This document shows positions 41,414-53,468 of a stretch of DNA of 64,000 bases, piece after piece. A program made the position numbers and the translations under genes. The notes beneath the pieces were generated by a model. It was not told the DNA's origin. It saw only the letters and a list, made by a program, of their open reading frames with translations, and made no database searches. The number at the start of each line of letters is the position of its first letter. Position 1 is the stretch's first letter. This DNA is from Caecitellus pseudoparvulus. Taxonomy: Eukaryota; Protista; Bigyra: Bicosoecida. The stretch is from the NCBI GenBank assembly GCA_965644315.1, contig CBFFRQ010000069.1, positions 1 to 64,000 of the forward strand. Direction: 5' to 3'.

Positions 41414-44400
41414 ATGGCATCACCGCGCAGCGACAAGCAGGGCGAAACCTGGCTGGCCGCGGCAGACACATTCGCAGGCAGTTCCACCAGCGCCGTGTTC
41501 CACGCCCATGGCTTGCTGGCCCTGCCGCCCCTGCAGCTGCACCGCTGCGACCTCGTGCACGCCCTGGCCAAGCTGTCGGCGCACGGCGACGTGGCAAAGG
41601 TCGTGCGGCGCCAGTCCCTGGCCCGTCTCATGCAGCCCGTGGACGACCACGGCTGCACCATCTTGCACGTGGCTGCACGCTTGAACTCCCGCCCAGTCAT
41701 GCACGCCGTGATGGGCGCCCCCACCCCCGCCATGGAGGCAGACCACGCCGCCGCCCTGCAACACCTGCGCAAGACTGCGCTGGCGGGGGGCTGTGCCGTC
41801 ACGCCACACGCCGCCAAGCGCGTCATGGCCGAGTGGCGTGCCGCCAAATCCAGGGGCGAAGACGCCCTGGCCCCTGGTGCGCCGCCCCCCCTCGTGGCGC
41901 TGCGCCGGCGGTGGCACATTGTGCGGAGCATGCAGCGCTTGGAGCGCCTCGCAGCCCTGGCACAGCTGGCCACGTACCACGCGCTCCTGCGCAGCACCGA
42001 CGCCGTGGGGCGGGGGCCACTGCACTACGCCGCCACCTGCAAGGGGCACGCTGTGGCAGACCTCTTGGCGCTGGAGCCACAGTGGGCCCACGCTAGGGGG
42101 TGTGGGGGGGGCCGTCTCTTTCCCCCCTCGGCAGCCGTATGCATGACCAGCGGCGCCCTGGTATCACGCCCAGCGGCGCCACAGCCCACCTTTTCGGACC
42201 TACAAGATGCCCTACGTGCGCTGATGCATGTAGTGGGTGTGCCCTGGCACAGCGTGCGCGACACGCTGCCCCAGCCGCCTGCCGAGGAGGACGGTGCGGA
42301 CGACGCCGAGGCGACCGATGCGCCAGCATCGGTCACGTACAGTGGGGCCCCTGCCGCGCCCGTCATGAGCGACGAGCCTGCGCCTCAGGACGCAGATGGC
42401 CCCCTGGAAGCCCTGCCTGAAGCACTTGCCCGGGTGGTGACTGCCGCACTGCAGCACGAGCACTGGAGTGGCGAGGGCGAGGTACAGCCCCTCCCAGGGC
42501 CATTCATCCACGTCGCCACACTCACTGCCCTGCGCCAGCAACTGCTCAGCATGCCTGACGCGTACGGGTGCACGCCCTTGCACTTGGCTGCTGTTCGTGG
42601 GGATGCCACCAGTGCTCAGTGCCTCATCGCCAATGGGGCAGCGCCTGCAGCCCCAGACAGCCAGGGCTGCACGCCACTCGACCTGTCCAGCCACCGTGTC
42701 ATGCGTCGCATCCTGGCGCCACTGACACAGGCGGTGGGGGAGGTGGTGGAGGCGGCTGGGGGTGACTTTGCCGATGATGTGGAGGAGGAGGAGGGGGGGG
42801 GTGAGGGGGGTGCAGGACCCCCCCTCGCCTCCTCCACACAGCGCACAGAAGGCATGGGTGCGGATCGTCTGCATTCATCCTCCCTCGCACACCTGCTGCA
42901 GTGCGGCAGCGACCCCAACACCGCCACTGGCCCCAGTCTCCGCACCCCCCTGCACCTGGCGGCAGCAGCGGGGGATGTGGACACGACGCAGTGGCTGCTG
43001 CAGCGAGGGGCGGCAGTGGACGCCCAAGACGCCACCGGGGCATCCCCCCTCCACATCGCCGCTGCCAATGCCTGCGGGGGGGGGCGATACCGTGCCGTGG
43101 CAGGTCTGCTCCTGGCGGCGGGTGCCAACGTGCAAGCCACCAGCTCCGCTAGGGCCACACCCCTGCACTACGCTGCGAGGCTGGAGGGCAAGCTGGATCT
43201 GGCTGGCCTGCCGGCCCACGTGGCAGACGCCGTCGCAGAGCAGTACACGGCTTGGAAGGAGGGCTTCATGGGGGGGGATGCCGCCCCCCTGGGCGACACC
43301 CTGGCCACAGCGGCAAGCGAGGGTGCCGGGGGCACTGCCTCTGGGCGGCGTGCCTTCTACGCTGAAGCCACACGCATGGTGGCACTCCTAGTGCAGCATG
43401 GAGCTCCCCTGCACGTCGTGGACGCGCAGGGCTGCACGCCCCTGCACCTGGCAGCAGCAGCGGACAAGCCTGCAGCAGTGGACGCCTTGCTGCACTTGGG
43501 TGCGCGCCCCGACCTTCGCAACGCCCACATGGCCACACCCCTGCACCTGGCAGCTGGGCGGGGCAATGTCCGGGTGTGTCGTCTGCTTGTGCGGTGGGAC
43601 GCTGAGTTCGGCCAGCTGCTCACCAGCCGCGACTGTGCAGGCAGGTACCCCTTCGTCGCTGCGACCAGCCCTGCGACACGCCTGGCCCTGACGACCCTGT
43701 GGGAGGCAGCGGCAGCTGGACAACTCGACACTGTCAGCACTCTCCTGCGCAAGGCCGAGGCGCAGAGCCAGCGGGCGATGGCGGGTGGTGCCGAGTGCAC
43801 CGAGGATGGGGGGGAGGACGGCGGTGGACACCGCCCCACGCTGCCGCCTGCCCCATGGGGGTGGGTGACAGTGGCTGCCACCACACGCACCCTGAAGCGC
43901 ACAGCACTGCACTGCGCCGTGACGGGGGCCGCTGCCGCCCTTGCACGCTGCCGTGAGAGCTGGGCCAGCGGGAGCAAGCTCACCTCAACCGCCACTCTCA
44001 GCGGCAGTGTGGCGGGGTCACCGGCACGCCTGCAGCGCAAAGCCAGCGTGGCAGTGGGCGGCGCAGACCCCATCCAGCAGAACCGGGTCACAGCTCGCTT
44101 CCGCCTCGCTGATGTGGATGATCCGGACACCGCCCCCCCCGCCCCCTCAGCCAGCAACATCGTGGCTGGCATCGGGCTCGTGTTCTGCGCCAAGCCAGGG
44201 GGGACGGCCAAGGTGGACCCGCTGGCGCACAGCCCCCCCAGCACGGGCAGCTTGACGAAGTACCCCCATCAGCGTGGAGGGGGGGGGAGTCCTCCTGGTG
44301 GCGCGTGCGTTGCGTTGCGCCCAGTGTCTCTGCGGCAGCGCCAACGACACCTGCCGCCTGCTGTGGCGCATGTGCGAGCCCAGTACACGACAGCAGGCGC

Positions 44401-44896
44401 GCCCACATCACTTGGCAAGACCACTGTGCCCCTGCCAGTGCGGCTGCACGACTCTGCCCGTCACGTTCACCCACACGACGTGGCCTGTGAGAAGCGCTAC
44501 GCAGGCGTCCTGGCTGCTCTGCTGACCAGTGGTGCAGATGCTCATTGCCAAGACGCCGATGGCGTGACGGCACTCATGCTGGCCTGCCGCTTCGGCCTGG
44601 CTCACCTGGCAGCCTTGCTGCTGCAGGGTCACCCTTCCTGCCGCCACTTGACAGACAAGTGGGGCAACACCGCCCTGCATTGGGCATGTGCCTGCCGCCA
44701 AGCCCACATGCTGCATGTGCTGGCAACAGCGGGGCCTGTGGACGTGGACGCCGTGCCCGCGTCGGAGGAGGTGCCCACGCCGCGGCAAGTGTGGGGCAAG
44801 GGCCTGGCCATCGCTCCCCGCAGTGCCGAGGCCAGGCTGGCCCTGGCGCCCCCCCTGGACAAGGCGGCCCGACTGGCCGTCAGCGCGCCAGTGTAG
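41414..44896 (+). CDS. Ankyrin-repeat protein
   Basis: Many GxTPLHLAA repeats in a 1160-aa ORF. Confidence 0.9.
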   Translation: MASPRSDKQGETWLAAADTFAGSSTSAVFHAHGLLALPPLQLHRCDLVHALAKLSAHGDVAKVVRRQSLARLMQPVDDHGCTILHVAARLNSRPVMHAVMGAPTPAMEADHAAALQHLRKTALAGGCAVTPHAAKRVMAEWRAAKSRGEDALAPGAPPPLVALRRRWHIVRSMQRLERLAALAQLATYHALLRSTDAVGRGPLHYAATCKGHAVADLLALEPQWAHARGCGGGRLFPPSAAVCMTSGALVSRPAAPQPTFSDLQDALRALMHVVGVPWHSVRDTLPQPPAEEDGADDAEATDAPASVTYSGAPAAPVMSDEPAPQDADGPLEALPEALARVVTAALQHEHWSGEGEVQPLPGPFIHVATLTALRQQLLSMPDAYGCTPLHLAAVRGDATSAQCLIANGAAPAAPDSQGCTPLDLSSHRVMRRILAPLTQAVGEVVEAAGGDFADDVEEEEGGGEGGAGPPLASSTQRTEGMGADRLHSSSLAHLLQCGSDPNTATGPSLRTPLHLAAAAGDVDTTQWLLQRGAAVDAQDATGASPLHIAAANACGGGRYRAVAGLLLAAGANVQATSSARATPLHYAARLEGKLDLAGLPAHVADAVAEQYTAWKEGFMGGDAAPLGDTLATAASEGAGGTASGRRAFYAEATRMVALLVQHGAPLHVVDAQGCTPLHLAAAADKPAAVDALLHLGARPDLRNAHMATPLHLAAGRGNVRVCRLLVRWDAEFGQLLTSRDCAGRYPFVAATSPATRLALTTLWEAAAAGQLDTVSTLLRKAEAQSQRAMAGGAECTEDGGEDGGGHRPTLPPAPWGWVTVAATTRTLKRTALHCAVTGAAAALARCRESWASGSKLTSTATLSGSVAGSPARLQRKASVAVGGADPIQQNRVTARFRLADVDDPDTAPPAPSASNIVAGIGLVFCAKPGGTAKVDPLAHSPPSTGSLTKYPHQRGGGGSPPGGACVALRPVSLRQRQRHLPPAVAHVRAQYTTAGAPTSLGKTTVPLPVRLHDSARHVHPHDVACEKRYAGVLAALLTSGADAHCQDADGVTALMLACRFGLAHLAALLLQGHPSCRHLTDKWGNTALHWACACRQAHMLHVLATAGPVDVDAVPASEEVPTPRQVWGKGLAIAPRSAEARLALAPPLDKAARLAVSAPV

Positions 44897-45000
44897 GTTA
44901 AGAGCAGCGCCCACAATGCACGCGCCCCGCACCCTGCGAGCTGCTGCACGCCTTCCCACCCAGTGCCTGGGGCCGTCCTGCGAACGCAGCTCAGGCCACC

Positions 45001-48000
45001 ATGGCTGCCAAGAGCTATCTGCGGTACAAGCAGGAAAAGCTGCTGGGGCTCGTGGCTTCCCCCAGCAGCAACATTGTCTGTGACAAGGCTGGATTCCTGG
45101 TGCTCAGCCCTGGTCTGGAGGATGTGCTGGTGTGGAACATGCGCAGTGGCACACTGGTGCGTCGCCCGGCGCTGTTCGATGCGGAAGTTGAAGCCGCAGC
45201 CACGACCCCGCCGCCCTGCACCCTCTTCCCGCACAGACTGGTCGGCTGGAAGGCCCAGCAGACGCCGAAGTTTCTGCGCTGATCATGCACCCCAACAACA
45301 TGAACGTCGCCGTGGGGTGCGTGCTCGGCGACGTGCTGGGGTAGGCTCCAATTTCCGCACACACTCCCTCCGCCACCTCCTCGCAGGTACGCCGACGGCA
45401 CAGTGCGTGTGTGGGACTTCCGCAAGGCCACACAGCTGTACGAGTTGCGGGGCCACCGCAAGCGCATCACGTGCCTGGCCTTCTCGCCTGACGGGGCCCT
45501 CCTGGCCAGTGGCTCGGCAGACACGGACGTGACGGTGTGGGACACCACCGCGCAGGCTGGCCTGTACCGCCTGCGTGGGCACCGGGACGGCATCACCGCC
45601 GTCACCTTCCTGAAGCAGCCCACCGACGGAGAGGAGGGGGGGGAGGGCTCACCCACTGGCGGCGGCGCCAAGCGCCCCCTGTCCCAGACCCTGCTCAGTG
45701 CTGGTGGCGGCATGCTGGTGTCCGCCAGCAAGGACGGCTTCGTGAAGGCGTGGGACCTGGACAGCCAGCACTGTGTGCAGACCGTCGTCTCGCACCGCAG
45801 CGAAGTGTGGGCTCTGGTGCCCAGCCCCCAGCACGGCGGCCGCTTGCTCACCGGCTCCTCCGATGTCCAGGTGCGCGTGTGGGAGGTGTGTCCGCCGTCA
45901 CGGGCGGCAAGCCTGGCTGCTGCCGCGCACACCGCCAGCTCTGATGCAGCACTGCAGACAGAGAGTGCCAGTGCCATGGACAGTGCCGCTCCAGCCCCAG
46001 CTGCCTCCGTCTCCTCTGCCCTGGTGCCTGAGTACCTGCACGGTGTGGGGTCTGTGCACCGCACGACTGCTGACCGAACTGTTGGTATCGCGGCATCCAG
46101 TGCGGCAGTGACTGACGGCGGTGCCACGCCCGGCTGGCTGGTAGTGCACGGCAACAACCGCTCCGTGGAGGTGTGGCGGTGGCGCAGTCCGGCTGAGGCC
46201 AAGCGCAAGGCGGCCCGACGTGCTCGGCGTGCCCGTGAGAAGGCGGGGGCGGGGGCCGGTGCAGTGGACAGCGCCGCTGATGACTGGCGCAGCAGTGCCC
46301 TGGGCACCATCGCCCAGGACGAGCTGGAGCTGTTCGGCACGTTCAAGGCCAGCGCCAAAGTGCGCAGTGCAGTCATCGTGCCGGCCCCTGCCCTGCGAGC
46401 GACAGCCAGGGCTGCAGCGGCGTCGGCGGCGGGTGGGGCGGTGTCTGATGCGGCCCTGCTGCAGCAGACAGTGCAGGTGACGGTGTCCACGCATGGCAAC
46501 ACGCTGGAGACACACCAGCTGCAGCGCGTGGCGACTGGGGCGGAGGATGAGGAGGCCGCCACTGTGCAGCACAGCCGTGTGGCTGCCATCACACAGCCCG
46601 GACACCGCAGCGACGTGCGAGCCGTGGCCATGTCTCGTGACGGCACCCTGGCCCTCACAGCCGACAGCAAGGGTGGCAAGCTGTGGAACCTGCACTCTGG
46701 CGCCTGCCTGCGGAGCTTCCCTTGTGGCTATGCCGTGTCCACCGCATTCCTGCCCGGCAACCGATACGGCGTGTTCGGCGCCAAGGACGGCTCCCTCTCT
46801 GCCTGGGCGCTGTCCACAGGGGACGCGCTGTGCACGTTTGAAGGCGGGGAGGGCGCCGATGCGGATGGGCATGCGGGGACGGTGTGGGGACTGTCGGTGC
46901 GCCCCGACGGGCAGGTGCTGGCGACAGGGTCTGCCGACAAGACTGTGCGCTTCTGGGAGGTGGAGACGGAGCAGGGCGGCGTGGACCTCGTGCACACCCG
47001 CACGCTGAAGATGGCGGATGAGGTGCTCAGCGTGCAGTTCAGCTACCACACGGAGGCAGAGCGGCTGCTGCTGGCAGTGGCGCTGCTGGACTGCACCGTG
47101 AAGGTGTTCTTCAACGACACCCTCAAGTTCGCGCTGTCCCTGTTCGGGCACCAGCTGCCCGTCATGGCCATGGACATCTCCGCCGACAACACCCTGCTCG
47201 TGTCGGCGTCGGCTGACAAGACCGTCAAGGTGTGGGGACTGGACTTCGGCGACTGCCACCGGTCCTTCCGTGCGCACGAGGACAGCGTGATGGGCGTGGC
47301 GTTCCTGGGCACCTCCCACCACTTCGTGACGGGCGGCAAGGACGGCCGCCTGAAGTACTGGGACGGCGACCGCTTCCAGTACGTGACGGGGCTGCCGGGG
47401 CACAAGGGCGAGGTGTGGGCGCTGTCTGCGTCCCGGGACGGCAAGGGCCTCGTGTCGGCCAGCAAGGACCGCTCCATCCGCGTCTGGCGCCGGTCGGAGG
47501 AGCTCGTCTTCCCAGACGAGGAGCGTGAGCGCGAGATGCTAGCAGCCTCGGCAGGGGATGACGCCGCCCCTGCCGCGACAGCCCTGGACGACGCCCTGGC
47601 TGCCGTCGCACCCAGCACGGGGGACGCAGTGGGGGACCCTGCCGCCGCAGCTGCTGGCTTGTCTGAGTCAGGGGCAGTGGTGGCGGCCAACGGGGGTGGT
47701 GCTGCTGGGCGCGCCTCTGACCGCCTCATGGAGGCGCTTGAGCTCGCTGACAGCACCTGCAAGGAGTGGCGGGAGTACGCTGCGGACATGGCGTCGGCGC
47801 TGGAACGCCTGGGTGCCGCCCAGCGCAGGGAGCGGGAAGCGTTGGTGCGCAAGGGCAAGCCCGTGCCCAGCCTCGTGCCGCCGCCCAAGCCGTCAGCTCT
47901 AATGCTGGGCAAGACGCCCGCTGAGTTCATCCTGCACACACTGCAAGGCATCAAGCCCACTGACCTGGAGTCTGCGTTGCTCCTGCTGCCGTTGGACTAC

Positions 48001-48342
48001 GCCCTGTCCTTCGTGCGGTACGCCACACACCTCCTGCGCCGCGGCATGGCGGTGGAACAAGTGGCCAAGGCGGCCCAGTTCGTCGTGAAGGTGCACGCAG
48101 CGCAGCTGGCGGCAGGCGGCAGCGAGAGCAAAGCACTCCTGGCATCCCTTCGGCGTGCCATGACAGGGCGCCTGCAGCAGCTGGCAGACCTGGCAGGCGT
48201 GGCGGCGGCTGGTTGTGACGTGTTGCACCGCAGCTTCGCCGCCCAGGGCAAGGCGTGGGGAGGCGCGCCCGCCGAGGAAGCCAAAGACGACACGGATGGA
48301 CCCATCATCCAATCCTTCAAACGGCGGGTTGTCCTGCTCTAG
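45001..48342 (+). CDS. UTP12: U3 snoRNP WD40 protein Utp12/Dip2/WDR3
   Basis: N-terminus MAAKSYLRY...LGLVAS; two short introns then AVGYADG; GLYRLRGHRD, GHRSDVR, KVWGLDFGDCHRS and the C-terminal DLESALLLLP domain. Confidence 0.95.
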
Positions 48343-48637
48343 GTCCGGCACGTGGTGCGTGGGGCAGGCGGCGCGGCAACGGACGGCTGGCGAGCGAGGG
48401 CTTCGGCGAGCCGACCCCCCCTTCACCACGCTGCAGCGCCATTCCGGGAGGCCTGCAAGTCGGCCCCTCAATGCATGCCCACATGGCAAATTCCTCTCCA
48501 CAACATGACACCCTGCCCTCCCCCTGCGCCAGACGTCACACTTCCCTGCACCCACCGACACTCTCTGCAACCGCACGCAAGTGCAGCTTCCACGGATTTG
48601 CGCCGCAGACCAGTGCCCTCCCCACACAACAAATAGC

Positions 48638-49825
48638 ATGGCAGCCGAATCAGCCAGCACACAAAAGGTGGTGGACTCCTTCGCGGAGATCAAGGACGGC
48701 GCCTTCAAGCGGTGAGGCGTGGCGGCCCTTGTTTCCGGAAGGTGTGACGTGAGCGCACACCAACACGCCCCTGCCCTCCCCGCAGCTCTGCCTCGCAATG
48801 CCGGGACTGGATCAAGGCAGACGGCAGCACAGCATACCCTCCTGAGTCAGGCAGGTACATCCTGTGAGTGGCAGCGCGTGAGGGCGCCCAGGAGCAACTG
48901 TTCCAGAAAGTGGCGTGGTGGGCAGGTCACGTCACGAGCCTGCGCGAATTCCGCACCGCACAGGTACATCTCGTACGCCTGCCCATGGGCTTCCCGCTGC
49001 TACGCGGTGCTGTCCATGAAGGGCCTGCTGGACCATGTGAAGGTGGTGCCCTGCGAGCCCGTATGGGGCCGCACCAAGCCCGAAGATGACGCCGACCTGC
49101 ACATGGGCTGGCTGTTCACTGGGCGGCGGCGGGACCCCCTGGGCCACAAGACCGTTCGGGACGTGTACACGCAGTCCAAGGCGGTGTTCACGAAGCCCAC
49201 CGTGCCGGTGCTGTACGACATGAAGACCAGCTCCGTTGTGAACAACGAGAGCGCAGACATCATGCGCATGTTCAACTCAGAGTTCAACGCCCTGGCCAAG
49301 AACCCCGACTTGGACCTGTACCCGGCAGCGCTGGAGAAGAAGATGGAGGCCATCAACGAGTGGGTGTACCGGGACATCAACAACGGCGTGTACAAGGCTG
49401 GCTTCGCGCAGTCCCAAGCGCCCTACCACACCGCCGTGACGGAGCTGTACAATGCGCTGGATCGTGCCGAGCGCATTTTGGAGAAGCAGCGCTTCCTGCT
49501 GGGCGACACCCTCACTGCCGCGGACATCCGGCTGTTCGTCACGCTCATCCGCTTCGACGAGGTGTACGTCGTGCACTTCAAGTGCAACAAGGCCACCATC
49601 CGGGAGTACCCAGCCCTGCACGCGTACATGCTGGACGTGTACCAGACGCCGGGTGTGGCGGAGACGGTGGTCATGGACGACATCAAGAAGCACTACTACA
49701 TGAGCCACCCCAAGATCAACCCCATGGGCGTCATCCCAGAAGGCCCCAACGAGAACTTCCTCGCGCCCCACGGCCGGGACGTCGCCTTCACCGGTTCCCC
49801 AGCCAAGCGTGCCCGGCAAGAGTGA
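48638..49825 (+). CDS. Glutathionyl-hydroquinone reductase (omega/xi-class GST, ECM4/YqjG family)
   Basis: Spliced DGAFKR / GRYILYISYACPWASR; TVPVLYD, VVNNESADI, INNGVYKAGFA, RFDEVYVVHFKCN and HYYMSHPKINP. Confidence 0.93.
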
Positions 49826-49895
49826 AGGCGTGTGCATGTCTGCCAAGCGAGCACGCCCTGTCACACTTCCCAATGCATTTGCCAGCGTGGACCGC

Positions 49896-51414
49896 TCACC
49901 GCTGCCCGGCACCACCTCCCAGAGGGTCCAGGAACAGACTCTCCTCCCCTCGCACAGGCCCGCTTTCGATGCGCTCGTTCAAGTACGGCAGCGCCGTGAA
50001 GTGGCGGTAGGCTTGTCCACTCTGGTACCCACGCACTGGCTGGGCGTACCTGGCCCGCCCACCCTTCTCGATGCTCAGGCGCAGGCCCAGCCAGGGGCGG
50101 AAGGATGTCATGGCAGAGGGGGCTTCCTCCCCCCCCACCGGACGCAGGGCGCCCGTGAGCGAGGCTGTGAAGACTGGGTCTCCCCAACTGCGCCAGGCCA
50201 CTGTCGCATCCATGCCTCGGTGGGTTCCCGCCGCCCCCTTCACCAGCACCGCCCGGTTGGCCTGCCAACTGGCCCCTGCCGTGATCTCCGTCGAGTACGG
50301 CGCTGCGAACTTGCGTGTCACCTCCACGCCAAAGTCCACGTAGTTCCAAATGCCCTTCACGTGTGCCTCCTCAGCCGGGTTCAGCACCTTGCGCCTGCTG
50401 GTCATGCTGTGCAAGTACCGTGCCGTGATGCTGCCATTGCCGGGGCTGTGGAACGGCACGTCAGCCTCCAGGTTCAACAAGTACGTCGGTCGCTCCCCCG
50501 TCGTGAAGCCCAGCTGCAGGGTGGACCCCTCCAGCGCCGGCGCGAGGGGCCTGCCTGCCACTGCCGCCTGCCCAAGCCGCTGCACTGGCAGCGTCACCTG
50601 GCTTCCCAGCACGGTGTTGTCGTCCACTGCAGTGACCTGCCACAGGGAGGCAGGCACGCCGGCCACGCCCCACACACTGGCCCCGAACAGCGTCCCCAAG
50701 TCTTCCGACAGCACACGCCCACCCACCACGAGCGGTGGCAGACCAGTGGGGCTTGGCTGCAGTGGTGGGGCCGACCCAGGCCTAACGCGGCGAGTGGGCC
50801 CACCCTCTGCGGAAGGGTCGGGGTCGCTCCCACTGGTGCCAGGGGCTGGCGTCGGGGGCGGCTTCCACTCAGCGTGGGGCGCCAGGCGCACGACGCGGTC
50901 AGGCGGCGCCTGGGCACCGACGAAGCCAGTGGCAGGCCCCGACCACGCCTGTGCCATGCCGTGTGCCAGCCCCGTGTGTTCGAAGCTGCCGCGCAGGCCA
51001 TAGCCCTGAGCCTGGGTGTGAGGATTGGATCCCGTTTGGAAGGTGGCGCCCGCCGCCACGCCCCGCTGCCCTCGCAGGGTCGTCGCGTCCACTTCCACGA
51101 GGCTGGAGTGTGGCAGGTCCACGGCGCTGGTGGGGCGGATGCTCGCGTGCAGAGCCGCCCCGCCATCCCGCGGGGCTGTCGCGTAGTTGAACAGGGTGTC
51201 AGTTTCGTGCTTCCCGAACATGAAGTCGAAGGGGGACTGTGTGAACCTGCGCCGGAGGGCAAGCGCGGCGTGGTGCCGGCCTGCGGAAATCGAGCGCCGA
51301 CCCTGCCCGCGTATTGCGACCCACGCACCTCTGCATCTTGTCAGGACCAGGGTGAAAGAGGGGAGGCAAGATGTCCACATCGGGCTTGCTGGGCTTGCTT
51401 TCGCCAGACCCCAT
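49896..51414 (-). CDS. OM47-like (plant At3g27930-type) mitochondrial outer-membrane beta-barrel protein
   Basis: Exon 1 MGSGESK...ILPPLFHP, intron 51328-51247, QSPFDFMFGK...LFNY; C-terminal RRKVLNPAEE..VKGIWNYVDFGVE, ASWQANRAVLVKG and RSWGDPVFT match my recollection of the OM47 family. Confidence 0.72.
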
Positions 51415-51822
51415 CTTGAACGGGCTGTGGCGGGAGCCCTGGGAATCCCTCCCGTCTGCTTTCTCGCTGGGCTGCCAGGCACACCACTCGCGCAAGCACA
51501 GGTGATGGTTATTGAGTGCAGGAGTGCTACAAGCGCGATGGATTGTGATGGGGCCAAGTGGCCGCGGCTCCGTCGCTTGGAAGCTCTGTCCAGAGCCCCC
51601 CCACAGGTTGGCCGCGGCGAATCCCCCTCGCACATGGTGCTGCCAAAGCGTGCATGCATGGGCAGTTCGCAGCTCACAAAACAAACTGCGGCACAAGCGC
51701 ATTCAGTTACAATACCCTCCATTTCGGGGAGGAAATACGCCCCTCCCCGAGCAGCAGGCGCTGAGCTGTGCCTGGTGGATTGCAAGTGCAGTGCAGCAGG
51801 CGGAGCCCGCCACGCTTTCGGC

Positions 51823-53457
51823 ATGGGGAGCAGCATGGACGACCCGTCCTTCTTCCGAAACACCATCCTGCTGTGTGCCGTCTTCTATCTCGTCTTCACG
51901 GCGTACCTCACGGCCCAGAGCCTGACGACGACCGTCAACAAGAGCTCTGAAGGGCTGGGCCACGCCAGCCTGGCTGCGGTGTACCTGGCCTTCGCCGTCG
52001 GCAGCGCCTTCTCAGCGCAGCTTGTGGCTCGCCTGGGCCCCCCGCGGTGCTTGCTGCTGGGCGCCATCCCCTACGCCGCCCTGGTGGGCACCTTCCTGAC
52101 CTCGCCGTCCTATGCCTTGAACGTGCCCATGTTCGCGCTGTGTGGTTTGGGCGCCAGCATCATGTGGAACGCACAGGCGGTGTACTTGATGCGCAATGCC
52201 GCCGCCCAGGCCGCTCTGACGGGAGAACACACGGAAGACGTCGTGTCCCGCTTCAACGGCATCTTCTACGGCTCCTTCCAGACCACCGGTGGCACTGGCC
52301 TGCTGGTGGGCGCCGGCATCCTGTACGGCATCCCCGACGCCCGCCACGCCGCGAAAGTGCTCTTCGCCACCCTCACGGCCCTGGCCACCCTGGGCGTGCT
52401 GCTGGCGTGCTTCCTGCGCCCCGTGCCCAAGCGCAAGGCGCCCGTGTACACTCCCTCCCACTCCTTCAGCGACTCGGCATCCATGGCCAGCGGGACCGAC
52501 GAAGGCAGCGAGGTGCGGGGGGAGTGGCCCCCTGCCCAGGCCAGTGTCGCCTACATCGTGCCGGCACCAGGCACCACCGTTCAGGCCAAGGCCGGCCAGA
52601 CCAGCCCAGCTGCAGACAAGGCTGCCGTGGAAGCTGCCGACCCAGTCCCCGCGCTGGACCTCACCGCCACCCTGCGCCAGGCCGCCTGTGACCCCCGCAT
52701 GCGCCTGCTCATCCCCATCATCTTCTACAACGGCATGTCCCTGGCCTTCCTCGCCTCTGACTTCCGGGAAGTGTACGCGGAGCCCCTGTCCAGCTTCGCG
52801 GGGGGGGCCTCCCGTTCCGCCCCACTCCTCTCAGACCGAGCCGTCACCATCGTCATGGCGGTGTTCTTCTTTGTGAATTCCGCGACGGCCCTGGCGGCGG
52901 GGCGCCTGGCCCCTGTCGTGGGGCGCTCAGGCCTCTTCGCCAGCGCCGCTCTCACCCACGTCGCATTCATGGCCCTCGTGCTAGCGGCAGAGGCACAGCC
53001 CTCCTGGTTGCCAGCCAGCGGCACGCCCGGTGCGTGGGCCACCACGCTGGCCGTCACGGTGCTGTTCAGCCTGGGGGACTCCGTGTGGGAGAGCCAGGTC
53101 CCCGCCGTGCTGCAGTCGCCGTCCATGTTCCCGCGGGAGGGAGATCGCGAGGTGGCCAATGGGAACCTCAAGCTGTGGCAGAGCCTGGGGTACGCGGTGC
53201 AGTTCGCCATCGGCATCGCACGCCTGGGCGTGTGGGTGGAGGTAGCCATCCTCACCTGTGCCCTGGTCCTCTCACTCATCAGCCTTGTCATCCTGCACAG
53301 CCAAGTGGCCAACCTAGACGCCAGCGGCAGTGCCGGGATGGGCACCCTCTCAGACCGCCTGGCACCCGGCATTCCCCACACTGAGCCGCCCCACGCACCC
53401 TTGCCGGGACCTGCCAACGCACACACGCGCAGCCAGCGCACCCTGCTGCAGCCTTGA
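51823..53457 (+). CDS. UNC-93-like MFS transporter
   Basis: About 12 TM helices; LVFTAY, GLGASIMWNAQAVYL, FNGIFYG, DPRMRLLIPIIFYNG and KLWQSLG. Confidence 0.9.
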   Translation: MGSSMDDPSFFRNTILLCAVFYLVFTAYLTAQSLTTTVNKSSEGLGHASLAAVYLAFAVGSAFSAQLVARLGPPRCLLLGAIPYAALVGTFLTSPSYALNVPMFALCGLGASIMWNAQAVYLMRNAAAQAALTGEHTEDVVSRFNGIFYGSFQTTGGTGLLVGAGILYGIPDARHAAKVLFATLTALATLGVLLACFLRPVPKRKAPVYTPSHSFSDSASMASGTDEGSEVRGEWPPAQASVAYIVPAPGTTVQAKAGQTSPAADKAAVEAADPVPALDLTATLRQAACDPRMRLLIPIIFYNGMSLAFLASDFREVYAEPLSSFAGGASRSAPLLSDRAVTIVMAVFFFVNSATALAAGRLAPVVGRSGLFASAALTHVAFMALVLAAEAQPSWLPASGTPGAWATTLAVTVLFSLGDSVWESQVPAVLQSPSMFPREGDREVANGNLKLWQSLGYAVQFAIGIARLGVWVEVAILTCALVLSLISLVILHSQVANLDASGSAGMGTLSDRLAPGIPHTEPPHAPLPGPANAHTRSQRTLLQP

Positions 53458-53468
53458 GCCCCCACCAC

